DNA of 64,000 nt from contig CAVSHA010000002.1 of assembly GCA_963727645.1 (NCBI GenBank), positions 9,368 to 73,367 of the forward strand. The letters run 5' to 3'. A model generated the notes under the pieces. It ran no database searches, was not told the DNA's origin, and saw nothing but the letters and a program-made list of their open reading frames with translations. This stretch comes from an uncultured Acidimicrobiaceae bacterium. Its GTDB lineage: Bacteria; Actinomycetota; Acidimicrobiia; Acidimicrobiales; Bog-793. Positions 1 to 10,453 of this stretch are shown in pieces (position 1 is the first letter of the stretch; every line of letters begins with the position of its first letter). The translations under genes and the position numbers were made by a program.

Positions 1-266
1 AACTCGCCACCGAACTGGAACGCCGCAATGGCGAACGAGACCGCACCCAACAGAATCCCCGACTGGGTCAGTCCCTGGCTGAGCCCGGACGCGTGGGCCA
101 GCTGGGCGAGCGTCAGATCGCCTCGAGCATCGGGATGGTGCAGCGCGCCGGCGATCGTCACGATCGTCGTCAACACGACGACCCCGGTGATGGCGCCGTA
201 GCTGCCGTACCACAGTCGCCTACGGCGCATCTTCACCCATTCGCTCTCGAACGACCTCCAGATCAA
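1..266 (-). CDS. ABC-2 type transporter permease, N-terminal part (gene continues past window start)
   Basis: Reverse translation from TTG 266 (TTGA overlap with the stop of the upstream ATPase) or ATG 230 reads LIWRSFESEWVKMRRRRLWYGSYGAITGVVVLTTIVTIAG.... This is a basic N-terminus followed by hydrophobic helices. It is absent from the ORF track because it runs off the edge. Confidence 0.6.
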   Translation of the reverse strand, partial: MIWRSFESEWVKMRRRRLWYGSYGAITGVVVLTTIVTIAGALHHPDARGDLTLAQLAHASGLSQGLTQSGILLGAVSFAIAAFQFGGE

Positions 267-1345
267 GGCCGTCCTGCCTCTCTCGTCTGGGCCTTGGTGG
301 CGAGATCAGAGTCTCCCGCTCGCGTACGAGCGGTTCTGCCGCGGACCGTCTGTCCGGGACAGTTCCGGGTGATCTCGAAGAACGCCTCCTCGAGCGTCGA
401 CCGTCTCTCGGCGAGATGAACGAGCGTGATGCCGTCTGCCATCGCGAGACGGTTCAAGTCGCCGGCCCAGTTGCGATCTGCGGCGATCTCGAGAGTCGTG
501 CTCTCGTTGTCGCCGACCATGTGAGCGCTCCTGCCCATGCTCTTCAACAACTGCATCAGGTGCTTGGCGTCCTCGCGACTCTCGGTCCGCACTATCAGCT
601 CGGGAGCGCGGGCCGCGAGAAGCTCCTTCACGCCTCCCTGGAAGATGAGCCGACCCGCTTCGATAACCACGAGCTGCTCGCAGATCTGCTGGATCTCGGC
701 GAGCAGGTGCGAGGACACGAAAACCGTCATGCCGTCGTCCGCGAAGGACCGCAGCATGGTGCGAATCTCGGCGATCCCGTGGGGATCGAGCCCATTGGTG
801 GGCTCGTCGAGCACGAGCAGCTCCGGACCAGGGAGCAATGCGGCACCGATGCCCAGCCGCTGACGCATGCCGAGTGAGTAGATCCGGAACGGATCGAGGC
901 CACGTGAGGCCAGGCCCACTCGCTCGAGAACCACGTCAACCCTCTTGGTCTGAATGCCGCCTAAGCGCGCGAGGACCATCAGGTTCTCGCGCCCCGACAA
1001 CGCCGGGTAGAACGTCGGTCCCTCGATCAGGGCGCCGACGCGCGGGAGGTACGCCCGCGAACGTCCGAGAGGATGGCCGAGCACCGTGCCACGCCCGGCC
1101 GTGGGGCGCATCAAGCCCAACAGCATCCGGATCGTGGTGGTCTTCCCAGCGCCGTTCGGGCCCACGAAACCGGTGATCGAACCAGCAGGGATGCGCAGAT
1201 CGAGCGCGTCCACGGCCACACGCCGGCCGAAGCGTTTCGTAAGCCCGAGCGTGACCACCGCATAGCGGTCAGACCCCCACTCGATAGGTTGCACGACCGG
1301 CTCGGTCGCTACTGCCGCCGCACTCACGTAACGATGAAACCACAA
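263..1345 (-). CDS. ABC transporter ATP-binding protein (ABC-2 exporter type)
   Basis: 360-aa ORF with Walker A GPNGAGKTT, signature-like YSLGMRQRLG and Walker B LLVLDEPTNGLD. Start is uncertain (TTG 1345 or GTG 1327). Confidence 0.85.
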   Translation of the reverse strand: MWFHRYVSAAAVATEPVVQPIEWGSDRYAVVTLGLTKRFGRRVAVDALDLRIPAGSITGFVGPNGAGKTTTIRMLLGLMRPTAGRGTVLGHPLGRSRAYLPRVGALIEGPTFYPALSGRENLMVLARLGGIQTKRVDVVLERVGLASRGLDPFRIYSLGMRQRLGIGAALLPGPELLVLDEPTNGLDPHGIAEIRTMLRSFADDGMTVFVSSHLLAEIQQICEQLVVIEAGRLIFQGGVKELLAARAPELIVRTESREDAKHLMQLLKSMGRSAHMVGDNESTTLEIAADRNWAGDLNRLAMADGITLVHLAERRSTLEEAFFEITRNCPGQTVRGRTARTRAGDSDLATKAQTREAGRP

Positions 1346-1479
1346 TTTTCACCCCCGGTGACGCAGGGGGGAGCACGGCCAGGTTCGCTGAACACGCGGG
1401 CACTCAGGTAGGGCGAGAAGACCCACCGTCCGTGCCCCTTTTGGGCCCCCGAAGAACGAGTGGGCCCGGCGCGCAACGC

Positions 1480-2277
1480 TCAGCGGTCGATCGCAGCCCG
1501 CAGCTCCGCCACAAACGCCGCCGCGCCTTGCGGACCCGCACCCCCGAGGAGCCGATGGACGAGCGCAGATCCGACTATCACGCCATCTGCTATTGCGACA
1601 ACCTCTCGAGCCTGCTCCGCATTGGAGATCCCGACGCCGATGAGCACCGGGGTGTCCGTCTCGCTCTTGCAGCGCGCGGCGACCGTCAGCGCGCTCGCCG
1701 ACACCGACTCGCGCTCGCCCGTCACCCCCATGACACCGACGCCGTAGACGAAACCCCGCGACCGGGCGCAGATAGCACGCAGCCGGGGTCTCGGCGTCGT
1801 CGGCGCGACCAGCAACACCGTCTCGACCCCGGCGTTGTCCGCTTCCTCTCCCCAGCCGTCGAGCTCGTCAATCGGGAGGTCCGGCACAATGGCGCCAGAG
1901 ACTCCCGCGTCGGCGAGCGTCCCGGCCATGCGGCGGTGACCCGCCCTGAGCACGATGTTGTAGTACGTCATCACGGCCAGCGGGACACCCGCGTCCGCGC
2001 GTGCCAACGCCGCGATGATCCCCGACGGTGTGGCGCCGGACTTCAGCGCCGCGGCGGAAGCCTGCTGGATGACCGGTCCGTCCATGACCGGGTCCGAAAA
2101 GGGGATCCCGATCTCGATCGCGTCGGCTCCCGCGGCACCGATCGCTCGCACCACCTCCAGCCAGTCGTGCCCGAGACCACCGGTCACGTAGGCGATGAGC
2201 AGCTTGCGCCCGGCATCTCGGCCCTCCCTGAGAGCCTTCTCGAGAGCGCCGCGAGAAGAGGCCGCGGGGCCGGTCAC
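1480..2277 (-). CDS. trpA: tryptophan synthase alpha chain
   Basis: C-terminal 265 codons of the 419-aa ORF. GTG at 2277 overlaps the trpB stop (GTGA). Sequence LLIAYVTGG...[18 protein letters not shown]...[13 protein letters not shown] is typical TrpA. Confidence 0.9.
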   Translation of the reverse strand: MTGPAASSRGALEKALREGRDAGRKLLIAYVTGGLGHDWLEVVRAIGAAGADAIEIGIPFSDPVMDGPVIQQASAAALKSGATPSGIIAALARADAGVPLAVMTYYNIVLRAGHRRMAGTLADAGVSGAIVPDLPIDELDGWGEEADNAGVETVLLVAPTTPRPRLRAICARSRGFVYGVGVMGVTGERESVSASALTVAARCKSETDTPVLIGVGISNAEQAREVVAIADGVIVGSALVHRLLGGAGPQGAAAFVAELRAAIDR

Positions 2278-3449
2278 TGTGTGAGCTTTCGTACCAGCGC
2301 CACATCCTTGTCGCCCCGACCCGACAGGGTCATCAACACCGCTGAACCCTCCGGGATCGACCTTCCAGCCTCCCTCACGACCCATGCCAGCGCGTGGGCA
2401 GGTTCCAGGGCGGGGATGATCCCCTCGGTCTCGGCCAGCAGCCGGAAGGCCGCGAGCACCTCTGAATCGTCTGCTGAGGGATACTCGACCCTTCCGACGG
2501 CCCCGAGATTGGCATGCTCGGGACCGATTCCGGGGTAGTCCAGGCCGGCGGATATCGAGCTTGCCTCGAGGATCTGACCGTCCTCGTCCTGGAGGAACCT
2601 GGACCGCATTCCGTGGACGACACCGGGGACGCCATTGGTCATCGCGGCGCCTCCTGCCGCCTCGACGCCCACGAGTCGTGCGCGGGTGTCGACAAAGCCC
2701 GCGAAGGTGCCGGCCGCGTTCGAGCCACCTCCGACGCACGCAACCACGACGTCCGGATCGAAGCCGAGAAGCTCATGGCACTGGGCGCGGGCTTCGTCCC
2801 CGACGACGCGTTGGAATTCCCGGACCATGTACGGATACGGGTGCGGGCCCATGACCGACCCGATGCAGTAGTGCGTGGTCTCGACCGTCGCGACCCAGTC
2901 GCGCAGCGCTTCGTTGATTGCATCCTTCAGCGTCCGGCTGCCCGACTCCACTGCGCGCACCTCAGCTCCGAGCAGCTCCATACGGAACACGTTCAGGCCC
3001 TGTCGCTCGACATCGACCGCACCCATGTAGACAAGACATTCGAGCCCGAGCAGTGCGGCGGCCGTGGCGGCCGCAACGCCGTGCTGACCGGCTCCCGTCT
3101 CGGCGATGAGGCGGCGCTTGCCCATACGCTCGGCCAGCAGCGCCTGACCGATCACGTTGTTGAGCTTGTGCGACCCGGTGTGCGCCAGGTCCTCGCGCTT
3201 GAGGAGCAATCGGATGCCGAGGCGCTCGCCCAATCGGCGGCATTCGCTGACCGGGGTCGGACGACCCCCGTAGTGCTCGAGGAGGTCGTCCAGACGTCCT
3301 CGGAAGGCCGGGTCCGCCCAAGCGGACTCGAAGCCGGCCTCGAGCTCCTCGCAGGCCGGTACGAGCGCCTCGGGCACGAACCGTCCACCGAATTCGCCGA
3401 AACGTCCCTGCCCTTGCGGGCTGCGCATCAGTTCCCCGAAGAAGGTCAA
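2274..3449 (-). CDS. trpB: tryptophan synthase beta chain
   Basis: 391-aa ORF with PLP-lysine motif HTGSHKLNN and ETGAGQHG, full-length TrpB-like. Confidence 0.95.
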   Translation of the reverse strand: MTFFGELMRSPQGQGRFGEFGGRFVPEALVPACEELEAGFESAWADPAFRGRLDDLLEHYGGRPTPVSECRRLGERLGIRLLLKREDLAHTGSHKLNNVIGQALLAERMGKRRLIAETGAGQHGVAAATAAALLGLECLVYMGAVDVERQGLNVFRMELLGAEVRAVESGSRTLKDAINEALRDWVATVETTHYCIGSVMGPHPYPYMVREFQRVVGDEARAQCHELLGFDPDVVVACVGGGSNAAGTFAGFVDTRARLVGVEAAGGAAMTNGVPGVVHGMRSRFLQDEDGQILEASSISAGLDYPGIGPEHANLGAVGRVEYPSADDSEVLAAFRLLAETEGIIPALEPAHALAWVVREAGRSIPEGSAVLMTLSGRGDKDVALVRKLTQ

Positions 3450-4102
3450 ACGTCCTCCTGCCAGTCATAGGGACCGGCGGCGTCGCTGTCGTAAGGCTCG
3501 GGCTCCGCGGCCCGAGCCGCCTGGACGAACGCCCTCACGCGCCGAGCATCCTTCTTGCCGATGCTCGCCTCCACACCGGAGGAGACATCGACGCCCCAGG
3601 GGTGGACCGTGCGAATCGCGTCGGCCACGTTCTCCGGGTCGAGACCCCCGGCCAGAACCAGCCGCCGTCCCTTCGGAGCGCCCTCCGCAAGGCGCCAGTC
3701 GAAGACCTTGCCCGATCCCGGCGACGGGGCGTCGACCAGAACGATGTCGGCGCCGTACTCGGCAGCCCGCGCAAGTCGGTTGTCCCCGGCCGGGAACGCC
3801 TTGATGACCAGTGGCACTCGGACCGAGACGTACCCGCAGTCCTCGAACGACTCGTTCCCGTGCAATTGGGCCGCATCGAGCCCGGCACGGTTCACGATCT
3901 CGACGACGCGGCGGGGCGCCTCGTCGCGAAAGACGCCAACGGTGCAGATCTCCGGAGGAAGCCGGCGAGTGATGGCGGACACTGCGCTCGGGCTCATCTG
4001 GCGGGGCGAAGGAGCAAAGACGAAGCCGACGGCGTCGGCCCCCATCGCCACCGCGATAAGGGCGTCCTCCTCGCTGGTGATCCCGCAGATCTTCACCCAC
4101 AT
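3446..4102 (-). CDS. trpF: phosphoribosylanthranilate isomerase
   Basis: 218-aa ORF starting MWVKICGIT, then ...[11 protein letters not shown]...LAGGL...VDVSSGVE, typical TrpF. Its stop overlaps the trpB start by 4 nt. Confidence 0.85.
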   Translation of the reverse strand: MWVKICGITSEEDALIAVAMGADAVGFVFAPSPRQMSPSAVSAITRRLPPEICTVGVFRDEAPRRVVEIVNRAGLDAAQLHGNESFEDCGYVSVRVPLVIKAFPAGDNRLARAAEYGADIVLVDAPSPGSGKVFDWRLAEGAPKGRRLVLAGGLDPENVADAIRTVHPWGVDVSSGVEASIGKKDARRVRAFVQAARAAEPEPYDSDAAGPYDWQEDV

Positions 4103-4911
4103 GGCACAATCCGCCCAAGTAGCGTGGCCACGCCGGCCCGTTGGTCGCGCGAGCGAAGGAGCGCCTCGCCGACCAGAACGCCATCGAAACCCGCTCGCTC
4201 CAGCGCGGCAACATCGGCCGCCGTCTCCACACCGGACTCGGCGATCTTCAGCACACCAGCAGGAACCTGACGTGCCACACGCTCAGCCCGAGTCCTGTCC
4301 ACCTCAAAGGTGTGCAAGTCACGCTGGTTCACGCCCACAAGCGTCGCCCCGATCTCGAGTGCCTGTCCGAGCTCGTTCTCGTCGTGGACCTCGACAACGG
4401 CAGCCATCCCCAGAGCTCCGGCGATCCGGTGGAGCTCGACCAGCTCAGCGTGCTCCAACAGCGCAACGATCAGCAGCACGGCGTCGGCACCCATGATGCG
4501 GGCGTCATAGACATCGGCGGCGGAGACCGTGAAGTCCTTGCGCAGAACGGGGAGCCCTACCGCGGCGCGCGCCAGTCTCAAGTCCTCAGGGCCGCCGCCG
4601 AAGTGAGGACCGTCGGTCAGCACCGACAGGCAGGACGCACCGCCTGATGCGTACGCCCGGGCGACTCTTGCCGGATCGAGATCCGGGGCGATGTCGCCCT
4701 TGGACGGCGACCGGCGCTTGATCTCCGCAACAAGTGCGATCGCCGCCCCGCCAGAGCTCGCGGCCTCTCGGGCCTTCAGGGCCGTGACGAAGTCGCGGGG
4801 CTGCGGCGCAGCGCGGGCCCTGGCTGCCAGGTCCGTCTGGTCGCGACGGTCGCCGGACGCGACCTGACGGTGCCACGCCCCGATGCTGTCGAGATAAGTG
4901 GCCACCGGCAC
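4093..4911 (-). CDS. trpC: indole-3-glycerol phosphate synthase
   Basis: Contains IAEIKRRSPSKG, LSVLTD, LRKDF and VGVNQRDL motifs. GTG starts at 4911 or 4905 lie just downstream of the stop of the preceding gene (4916). The ORF-track start at 5007 would overlap that gene. Confidence 0.88.
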   Translation of the reverse strand: MPVATYLDSIGAWHRQVASGDRRDQTDLAARARAAPQPRDFVTALKAREAASSGGAAIALVAEIKRRSPSKGDIAPDLDPARVARAYASGGASCLSVLTDGPHFGGGPEDLRLARAAVGLPVLRKDFTVSAADVYDARIMGADAVLLIVALLEHAELVELHRIAGALGMAAVVEVHDENELGQALEIGATLVGVNQRDLHTFEVDRTRAERVARQVPAGVLKIAESGVETAADVAALERAGFDGVLVGEALLRSRDQRAGVATLLGRIVPCG

Positions 4912-4915
4912 GAGC

Positions 4916-5848
4916 CTATCGGCCGTCTCGGGAAACCTCCCGGACCTTCCGCTCGACGTGGGCGAGCCTGGACCTCCCGAGATGCTCCTCGTCGACCGAT
5001 CCGGCAATCAGCGGCGACTGGCTGAGCACGAACAGTCCGGCGCACATGACAGACAGCGCCGCAGCATCGAAGGCGAGAGCACCTATCCCGCCGCGCAAGT
5101 CGTCCCCGAACAGGCTTACGCCGATCACGACGCTCGCGATCGGGTCCACTATCGTCAGTGTGGCCTGGGAAGCCGTGATCGGCCCGGCATGGAACGCGTC
5201 CTGCGTGAGCACGAGACCGGCCAGCCCCGCGACGGTGATGGCGTAGGGCTGCCAGTGCGCGAAGATCTGCCAGAAGCCGTGGGAGAACAGGATCGTCGTG
5301 GCCTTGGTGAACGCGGCGCTCAGAGAGAACGAGATCGCCGCCGCGGCCCCGAACCACGCGGAACGCCACGTTCGCGACGAGCGTGACCTCAGGCGCGTGC
5401 AGGCGACGCAGATCGCGATCGATGCGAGGCACGCGATGGTCATGATCACCCAGCCACTGGTCGTGGGAAACGTGGTCCCTCCACCCGTGTTGCTCATCGC
5501 GAGGAAGCCGGCCAGCCCCACCACGGTCAACACGGTCCCGATCGCCTCGCGCCAGCCGAGCGGCGAGCCGAACCAGACGCGCAATATGACCACGAGGAAG
5601 ACCAGCTCGGTGACCATGAGCGGCTGGACGACACTGAGCGAGCCGAAGCCGAGTGCGGTGGCCTGGAAGACGAACGACCCGATCATCGCTGCGAGCCCGA
5701 CGTACCAGATAGGGCGCCTCAGAACGTGACCCAGCAGCTTGAGGCCGCGAAGCTGGGCTTCGGGAGCCGACTCGACACCGAGCCGCTGGAAGATCGTGGT
5801 CAGCGCGTTGCACAGCGCCGCACACACCGCTAGGGGGATGGCTGCCAC
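4916..5848 (-). CDS. multi-pass membrane protein, DMT/EamA-like
   Basis: 310-aa ORF with about ten hydrophobic segments. It occupies the slot between trpE and trpC where actinobacteria usually carry a membrane protein. Confidence 0.6.
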   Translation of the reverse strand: MAAIPLAVCAALCNALTTIFQRLGVESAPEAQLRGLKLLGHVLRRPIWYVGLAAMIGSFVFQATALGFGSLSVVQPLMVTELVFLVVILRVWFGSPLGWREAIGTVLTVVGLAGFLAMSNTGGGTTFPTTSGWVIMTIACLASIAICVACTRLRSRSSRTWRSAWFGAAAAISFSLSAAFTKATTILFSHGFWQIFAHWQPYAITVAGLAGLVLTQDAFHAGPITASQATLTIVDPIASVVIGVSLFGDDLRGGIGALAFDAAALSVMCAGLFVLSQSPLIAGSVDEEHLGRSRLAHVERKVREVSRDGR

Positions 5849-5857
5849 GGGCCCTGT

Positions 5858-6832
5858 CTATCCGATCGAGAGAGGGAGTTCTCGAATCTCCGCGTCGGCC
5901 CCGCCCGGCATCACTGTGGCCACGGCAGGGAGCACGACGTCGCGGCGCACATAGGCCAGAGCGACGTGGGCAGCAAGCCCAGGCGACCAGGCGACGCTCG
6001 TAAGACGGCCGACCTCGCGATCGCGCGAGACGAGCGTCGCGTCCTCCGGGCACCCGGCGGCCGGGCCCAGCACGACACCGCGGAGCCGCCGCGCCACACT
6101 GGCGCCCCTCGCCTCGAGGCGGGCAACGAGCTCCTGCCCCGTGAAACAGCCCTTGGTGAAGCTCACGGTGTGCTCGACGAGGCTGCCGGCCTCCTGTGGG
6201 ATCGTCTTGTCAGTGAGCTCGCGGCCCATTGCCGGCACTCCCGCCTCGATGCGTGCGGCCTCGAAGGCCGCGGGGTCACCCAGTGGCACGTCCGGTAGCG
6301 CCCAGCGTGGTGCCACGGCCGCGGCCAGCACGTCCGAGCCGCCGTAGCCGGGCCACTCCACCGGGACCGCAATCATCCAACCACCCCTCAGGTCGCCCGC
6401 TTGTACCTCATCTGTTATCGCCCCCATCTCCAGTCCCGAGCTGGCGAGGCTCGTCAACGAAGCGGGCCCGCGAACCTCGTAGCACCAAACGGTCCCGCTC
6501 TCGAGCTCGGCCTTCACCCGCACGCGAAAGCGGCGGAGCCGCTGCAACAGCATCTCCCCGCAACCGGCCCCCGTGTCGAGCATCACGGCGTCCTCGGCGA
6601 GCATCGTGACTCGACAGTACGCGTCCACCTTGCCCTGGGGCGACAGCACGAGCGTCTCTGCCGACCCACCGACGGCGAGCGGCGCGAGGTCCTGGCTCAC
6701 CTGGCCCTGGAGCCAAACGCGCGCGTCGGGACCCCGCACGATTACGACGTCGCGTGCGGTCTCGCGCGCGCAGGTGCTCTCGTGGATGCGGGAATATGAC
6801 TGCTCGAGATCCAGCACGGACGCCTGGCTCAC
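5858..6832 (-). CDS. folate-binding protein YgfZ / GcvT-family aminomethyltransferase-like
   Basis: Has the KGCFTGQELVARL motif characteristic of the YgfZ/GcvT fold. GTG 6832 overlaps the trpE stop (GTGA). Confidence 0.7.
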   Translation of the reverse strand: MSQASVLDLEQSYSRIHESTCARETARDVVIVRGPDARVWLQGQVSQDLAPLAVGGSAETLVLSPQGKVDAYCRVTMLAEDAVMLDTGAGCGEMLLQRLRRFRVRVKAELESGTVWCYEVRGPASLTSLASSGLEMGAITDEVQAGDLRGGWMIAVPVEWPGYGGSDVLAAAVAPRWALPDVPLGDPAAFEAARIEAGVPAMGRELTDKTIPQEAGSLVEHTVSFTKGCFTGQELVARLEARGASVARRLRGVVLGPAAGCPEDATLVSRDREVGRLTSVAWSPGLAAHVALAYVRRDVVLPAVATVMPGGADAEIRELPLSIG

Positions 6833-8429
6833 AGCAATCGCCTCTCCGCTGACAGCTGGCGAGCCCCGGCAACGGCCGCCAGCACGGCTGCGGCTTTCGC
6901 CGCGCACTCCTCGTCCTCGGCGACCGGGTCACTGTCGGCAACAATGCCGGCCCCGGCCTGCACGGAGGCTTTGCCGTCCGGCGTCGCGACCAGGGTGCGG
7001 ATGGCGATCGCGGTGTCCAGGTTGCCCGAGAAGTCGATGTAGCCCACGACCCCGGCGTACGGGCCGCGTTTGGTTGGCTCGAGTTCGTCGATTATCTCCA
7101 TCGCCCGTACCTTCGGCGCCCCCGAAACCGTCCCCGCGGGAAGAGTTGCCCTCAGCACGTCCACCGGTCCCCGTCCCTCGAGCAGCTCCCCCGAAACTTC
7201 AGAGGTGAGGTGCATCACGTGGCTGTAACGCTCGACGGTCATCAGCTCGTCGACCCGCTCCGAACCGAAGCGGGTGATCCTGCCGACGTCGTTGCGGGCG
7301 AGGTCGACGAGCATGACGTGTTCAGCAAGCTCCTTCGGGTTCTCGACAAGCTCCGCCTCGAGCCTGCGGTCTTCTGCGTCATTCGAACCGCGCCGGCGCG
7401 TTCCGGCAATCGGCCGCGACACGACGCGCCCGTTGAGGACCTGGACCATCGGCTCTGGGGACGCTCCGATGACCGAGACGCCCCCCTGGCGGAGGAAGAA
7501 CATGTACGGGCTGGGATTCACCTGCCGGAGCACCCGATAGACGTCGAACGGGTCGCACCCCAGGTCGAAATCGAAGCGCTGCGACAGCACGACCTGGAAG
7601 GCATCGCCTGCGCGGATGTACTCCTTGGCAGCCTCGACAGCCTGGCGGTACAGCTCAGCACTCGTGCCTCGCCGTACTGCGCCCTCCGGCAGCGTCGCCC
7701 CCGGCGATGGCGGCGTCGCGAGCCGCTCGGGGCCCACCTGCTCGAGGTCACTGCGAACCGCGTCCAGGCGCTGGAGCGCTTCGGGTAGATCGACCGGAGC
7801 ACGACCGGATCGCGGCTCTCGTCCTTGTCCAGTTCAAGGATCACGTTGTTGACGAGCGTGACCCGCTGGCGCCAGTGGTCGAAGGCGGCGAGCTCACCGA
7901 TCACGGAAACGACGGCGTCGGGATGACCAGTGTCGTCGGTCGGCGGCGTCCCGAGCCGCTCGACCTCGCGAACAACGTCATAACCGAGATAGCCGACAAG
8001 TCCGCCATGAAGTGGCGGAAGCCCCTCGATCGACGGTGACCGGAACCTGCCGAGGAGCGACTCGATGCAGGCAAGCGCACCACCGTCCAGCGGAGTCGAA
8101 GCGGGAAGTGAACCCTCGGTCACCTCGACCTGGCGCCCCCGCGTCACCATTGTGGCCGCGGGCGAGCGCCCGACGAAAGAAAAGCGGCCCCAGCGCTCGC
8201 CGTGTTCGACCGACTCGAGCAGAAAGCCGGGGGCGTCCCCGACCATGGCCCGAAAGGCCACGATCGGAGTCAGGCTGTCCGCGACGAGCTCCCGCCAGAC
8301 CGGGAGAACCGAGAAGTCGTGCCCGAGCTCGCAGAAGGACTCGAAATCGGGACTGGCCTCCCCGCCGCTGCTCTCGGTGGAGAAGGTCGCGCCCACGCGT
8401 GAGCACTCCTGCGGCCCGGTGTCGGTCAC
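6829..8429 (-). pseudogene. trpE: anthranilate synthase component I, interrupted by a frame shift near 7785-7800
   Basis: The N-terminal half (ORF 7518..8468 up to ...VNNVILELDKDESRDPVVL) and the C-terminal half (ORF 6829..7737, extendable upstream to DLPEALQRLDAVRSDLEQ...) are in different frames. The C-terminal half carries IAGTRRRG, LMLVDLARND and PAGTVSGAPK motifs. GTG 8429 overlaps the hisI stop. Confidence 0.85.
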
Positions 8430-8788
8430 TGCGGCGCGCTGCCGAACCGGCGGTGGAAGCAGCTCCATTCACCCGTGTGGCAGGCTCCGCGACCCTCCTG
8501 GTCGACGGTGACGAGCACGGCATCCCCGTCACAGTCGTAGGCAGCAGCCCGAACCCATTGACGATTACCGGAGGTCTCGCCCTTGCACCAGTACTCCTGA
8601 CGGCTCCTGCTCCAGAACCACGTGCGGCCGGTCGCAAGGGTCCGGCGCAACGCCTCGGCGTCCATCCATCCCAGCATCAGCACGTCCCGGGTCGCGCGGT
8701 CCTGCACGATCGCGGCCACGAGCCCTTTCTCATCGAAACGGATGCCCGCGATCTCCTCATCGGTGAACCCCACCGGCGAACCTCTCAC
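8426..8788 (-). CDS. hisI: phosphoribosyl-AMP cyclohydrolase
   Basis: Sequence GLVAAIVQD...VLMLGWMD..., [19 protein letters not shown] and ...CDGDAVL...GACHTG is typical HisI. GTG 8788 overlaps the stop of the GroES-like gene (GTGA). Confidence 0.88.
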   Translation of the reverse strand: MRGSPVGFTDEEIAGIRFDEKGLVAAIVQDRATRDVLMLGWMDAEALRRTLATGRTWFWSRSRQEYWCKGETSGNRQWVRAAAYDCDGDAVLVTVDQEGRGACHTGEWSCFHRRFGSAPQ

Positions 8789-9096
8789 AAGTACAGCCCT
8801 GTCCCGTCCTCCAGGCGCTCGGAGGCGACCGCCGGAATGTCGCGTTCGCGCAAGATCACGTAGTCCTCGCCCTGAACCTCCACCTCGAAGCACTCCTCGG
8901 GATTGAACAGGACCCGATCCCCCGCGCGGATCGAGCGAACGTTCGGGCCGACAGCGGCAACCTCGGCCCACGAAAGGCGATGGGCAACCGAGGCCGTCGC
9001 CGGAATGAGAATGCCCGCCCGCGACCGGCGCTCTCCTTCAGCGACTGGCACGCGTACCAGCACGCGGTCGTTCAGCATCGTCACCGGCTGCTTCAC
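8785..9096 (-). CDS. GroES/Cpn10-like protein
   Basis: [16 protein letters not shown]...AGILIPATA...AEVAAVGP...GDRVLF...[15 protein letters not shown] follows the GroES pattern. Start is GTG 9096 or ATG 9078. The 247-aa ORF-track version would run over the divergent ATP-grasp gene. Confidence 0.65.
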   Translation of the reverse strand: MKQPVTMLNDRVLVRVPVAEGERRSRAGILIPATASVAHRLSWAEVAAVGPNVRSIRAGDRVLFNPEECFEVEVQGEDYVILRERDIPAVASERLEDGTGLYL

Positions 9097-9195
9097 GTCG
9101 GCAGAATCTGGGTTGGACCGGCTCGGCTCGAGTAACTCCACGACCGAAACGGTAGTGCGGCCGGCGCCCGACCGTGGCCTCGGCATCATAGGGGT

Positions 9196-10453
9196 GTGGA
9201 TCGTGTCCTCCTGCTCGTCCCTTCGGCCTCCTACAGAGCTTCCGACTTCCTCGAGGCGGCCAGGGCGCTCGAGCTTCAAGTGATCGTCGGGTGCGACGAA
9301 CCACTCCTCCTGGCCGGAGTCAGCAGGTCCCTGCAGGTTCGCCTCGACGATCCCGAGGGTGCCGCGGATGCGATCGTGGCACTCGACGGTGTCACGCCGC
9401 TCGACGCAGTAGTGGCCGTTGACGACCAGGGAGCTCGTCATAGCTGCCCGCGCCGCCGAGCGACTTGGGCTTCGCGCCAACCATCCCGACGCGGTGGCGG
9501 CCACCCGCGACAAGCTCCGTATGCGCACGTTGCTCAGTGGAGCCGAGGTTTCTCAACCCGCCTTCGCGGCCCTCCGCCCGACCGCCGAAGTCGACCAACT
9601 GGCCCAGCTTGCGCGGCTCGTCGAGCTGCCTTGGGTGGTCAAGCCGACGTCATTGTCAGGCAGCCAGGGTGTGATCAGGGCAAACACCGTCACCGAAGCC
9701 CTGGGCGTGGTCGAGCGCGTCCGGTCGATCGCCCTGAGAGCGGGACAGCCACCAGATCGGCCCCTCCTGTTGGAGGAGTTCGTGAGCGGCCCCGAGGTTG
9801 CCGTGGAAGGCGTGCTCACCGACGGGGACCTGACCGTCCTGGCCGTGTTCGACAAACCCGACCCGCTCGACGGCCCCTTCTTCGAGGAGACCTTGTACGT
9901 GACACCGTCAAGGCTCGGCGCGGCCGACCTGAGGGCCGTCACCACCACCACCCAGGCCGCCACCAGAGCGCTCAACCTCAGGGAGGGCCCCGTGCATGCC
10001 GAGCTTCGTGCCCGCGACGGGCGCGCGTGGGTGATCGAGGTGGCTGCTCGCTCGATCGGTGGACTTTGTTCGCGAACCTTGAAGTTCGGGACGGGTATGA
10101 GCCTCGAGTACCTGATCCTGGCGCACGCTCTCGGGCGGCCGGTCGCCTCGCCGCGGCAGGCCCATGGCGCAGCCGGGGTCTTGATGCTCCCCATCGGTGC
10201 TGCCGGCATCCTCGCCGAGGTCGCCGGACGCGACAGGGCTCTGGAGATACCCGGGATCGTCGGCATCGAGCTGACGATCGCCCCGGGCCGGCTGCTGGTC
10301 CCGCTGCCGGAGGGGAACCGCTATCTGGGCTTCATCTTTGCCCGAGGCGAACGCCCCGAGCACGTCGAGGCCTCTCTGAGGGCGGCATTGGCGCAGTTGG
10401 ACGTCCGGCTGGAGCGGAAACGACCGCTCATGCGCCGGGCGGTCGAACCGTGA
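9196..10453 (+). pseudogene. ATP-grasp domain protein (carboxylate-amine ligase-like), frame shift at the G-run 9429-9431
   Basis: The N-terminal pre-ATP-grasp part MDRVLLLVPSASYRASDFLEAARALELQVIVG...AVVAVDDQ is in the frame of ORF 9196. The remainder, ELVIAARAAERLGL...WVVKPTSLSGSQGV...LLEEFVSGPEVAVEG...VHAELR, is in the frame of ORF 9419. Confidence 0.75.

Noticed and set aside
1432-2739. Long plus- and minus-strand ORFs overlapping trpA (368 aa, 419 aa N-terminal part) and similar Arg/Pro-rich ORFs throughout (e.g. 4776-6053, 14924-16138, 28099-29418, 29393-30598, 37283-38302, 55273-56526)
   Set aside because: They are shadow ORFs typical of stop-poor high-GC DNA. Their translations are R/P/G-rich with no motifs, and each fully overlaps a gene with clear homology on the other strand or frame.
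9097-9195. Trp/His attenuator leader peptide upstream of the hisI-trpE operon
   Set aside because: No short ORF with tandem Trp or His codons and no alternative terminator/antiterminator hairpins are visible. trpE is translationally coupled to hisI rather than having its own leader.
9097-9528. 247-aa version of the GroES-like ORF starting at 9528
   Set aside because: The extra 140 codons have no GroES similarity and run antisense across the start of the ATP-grasp gene. GTG 9096 gives a normal 103-aa Cpn10 length.
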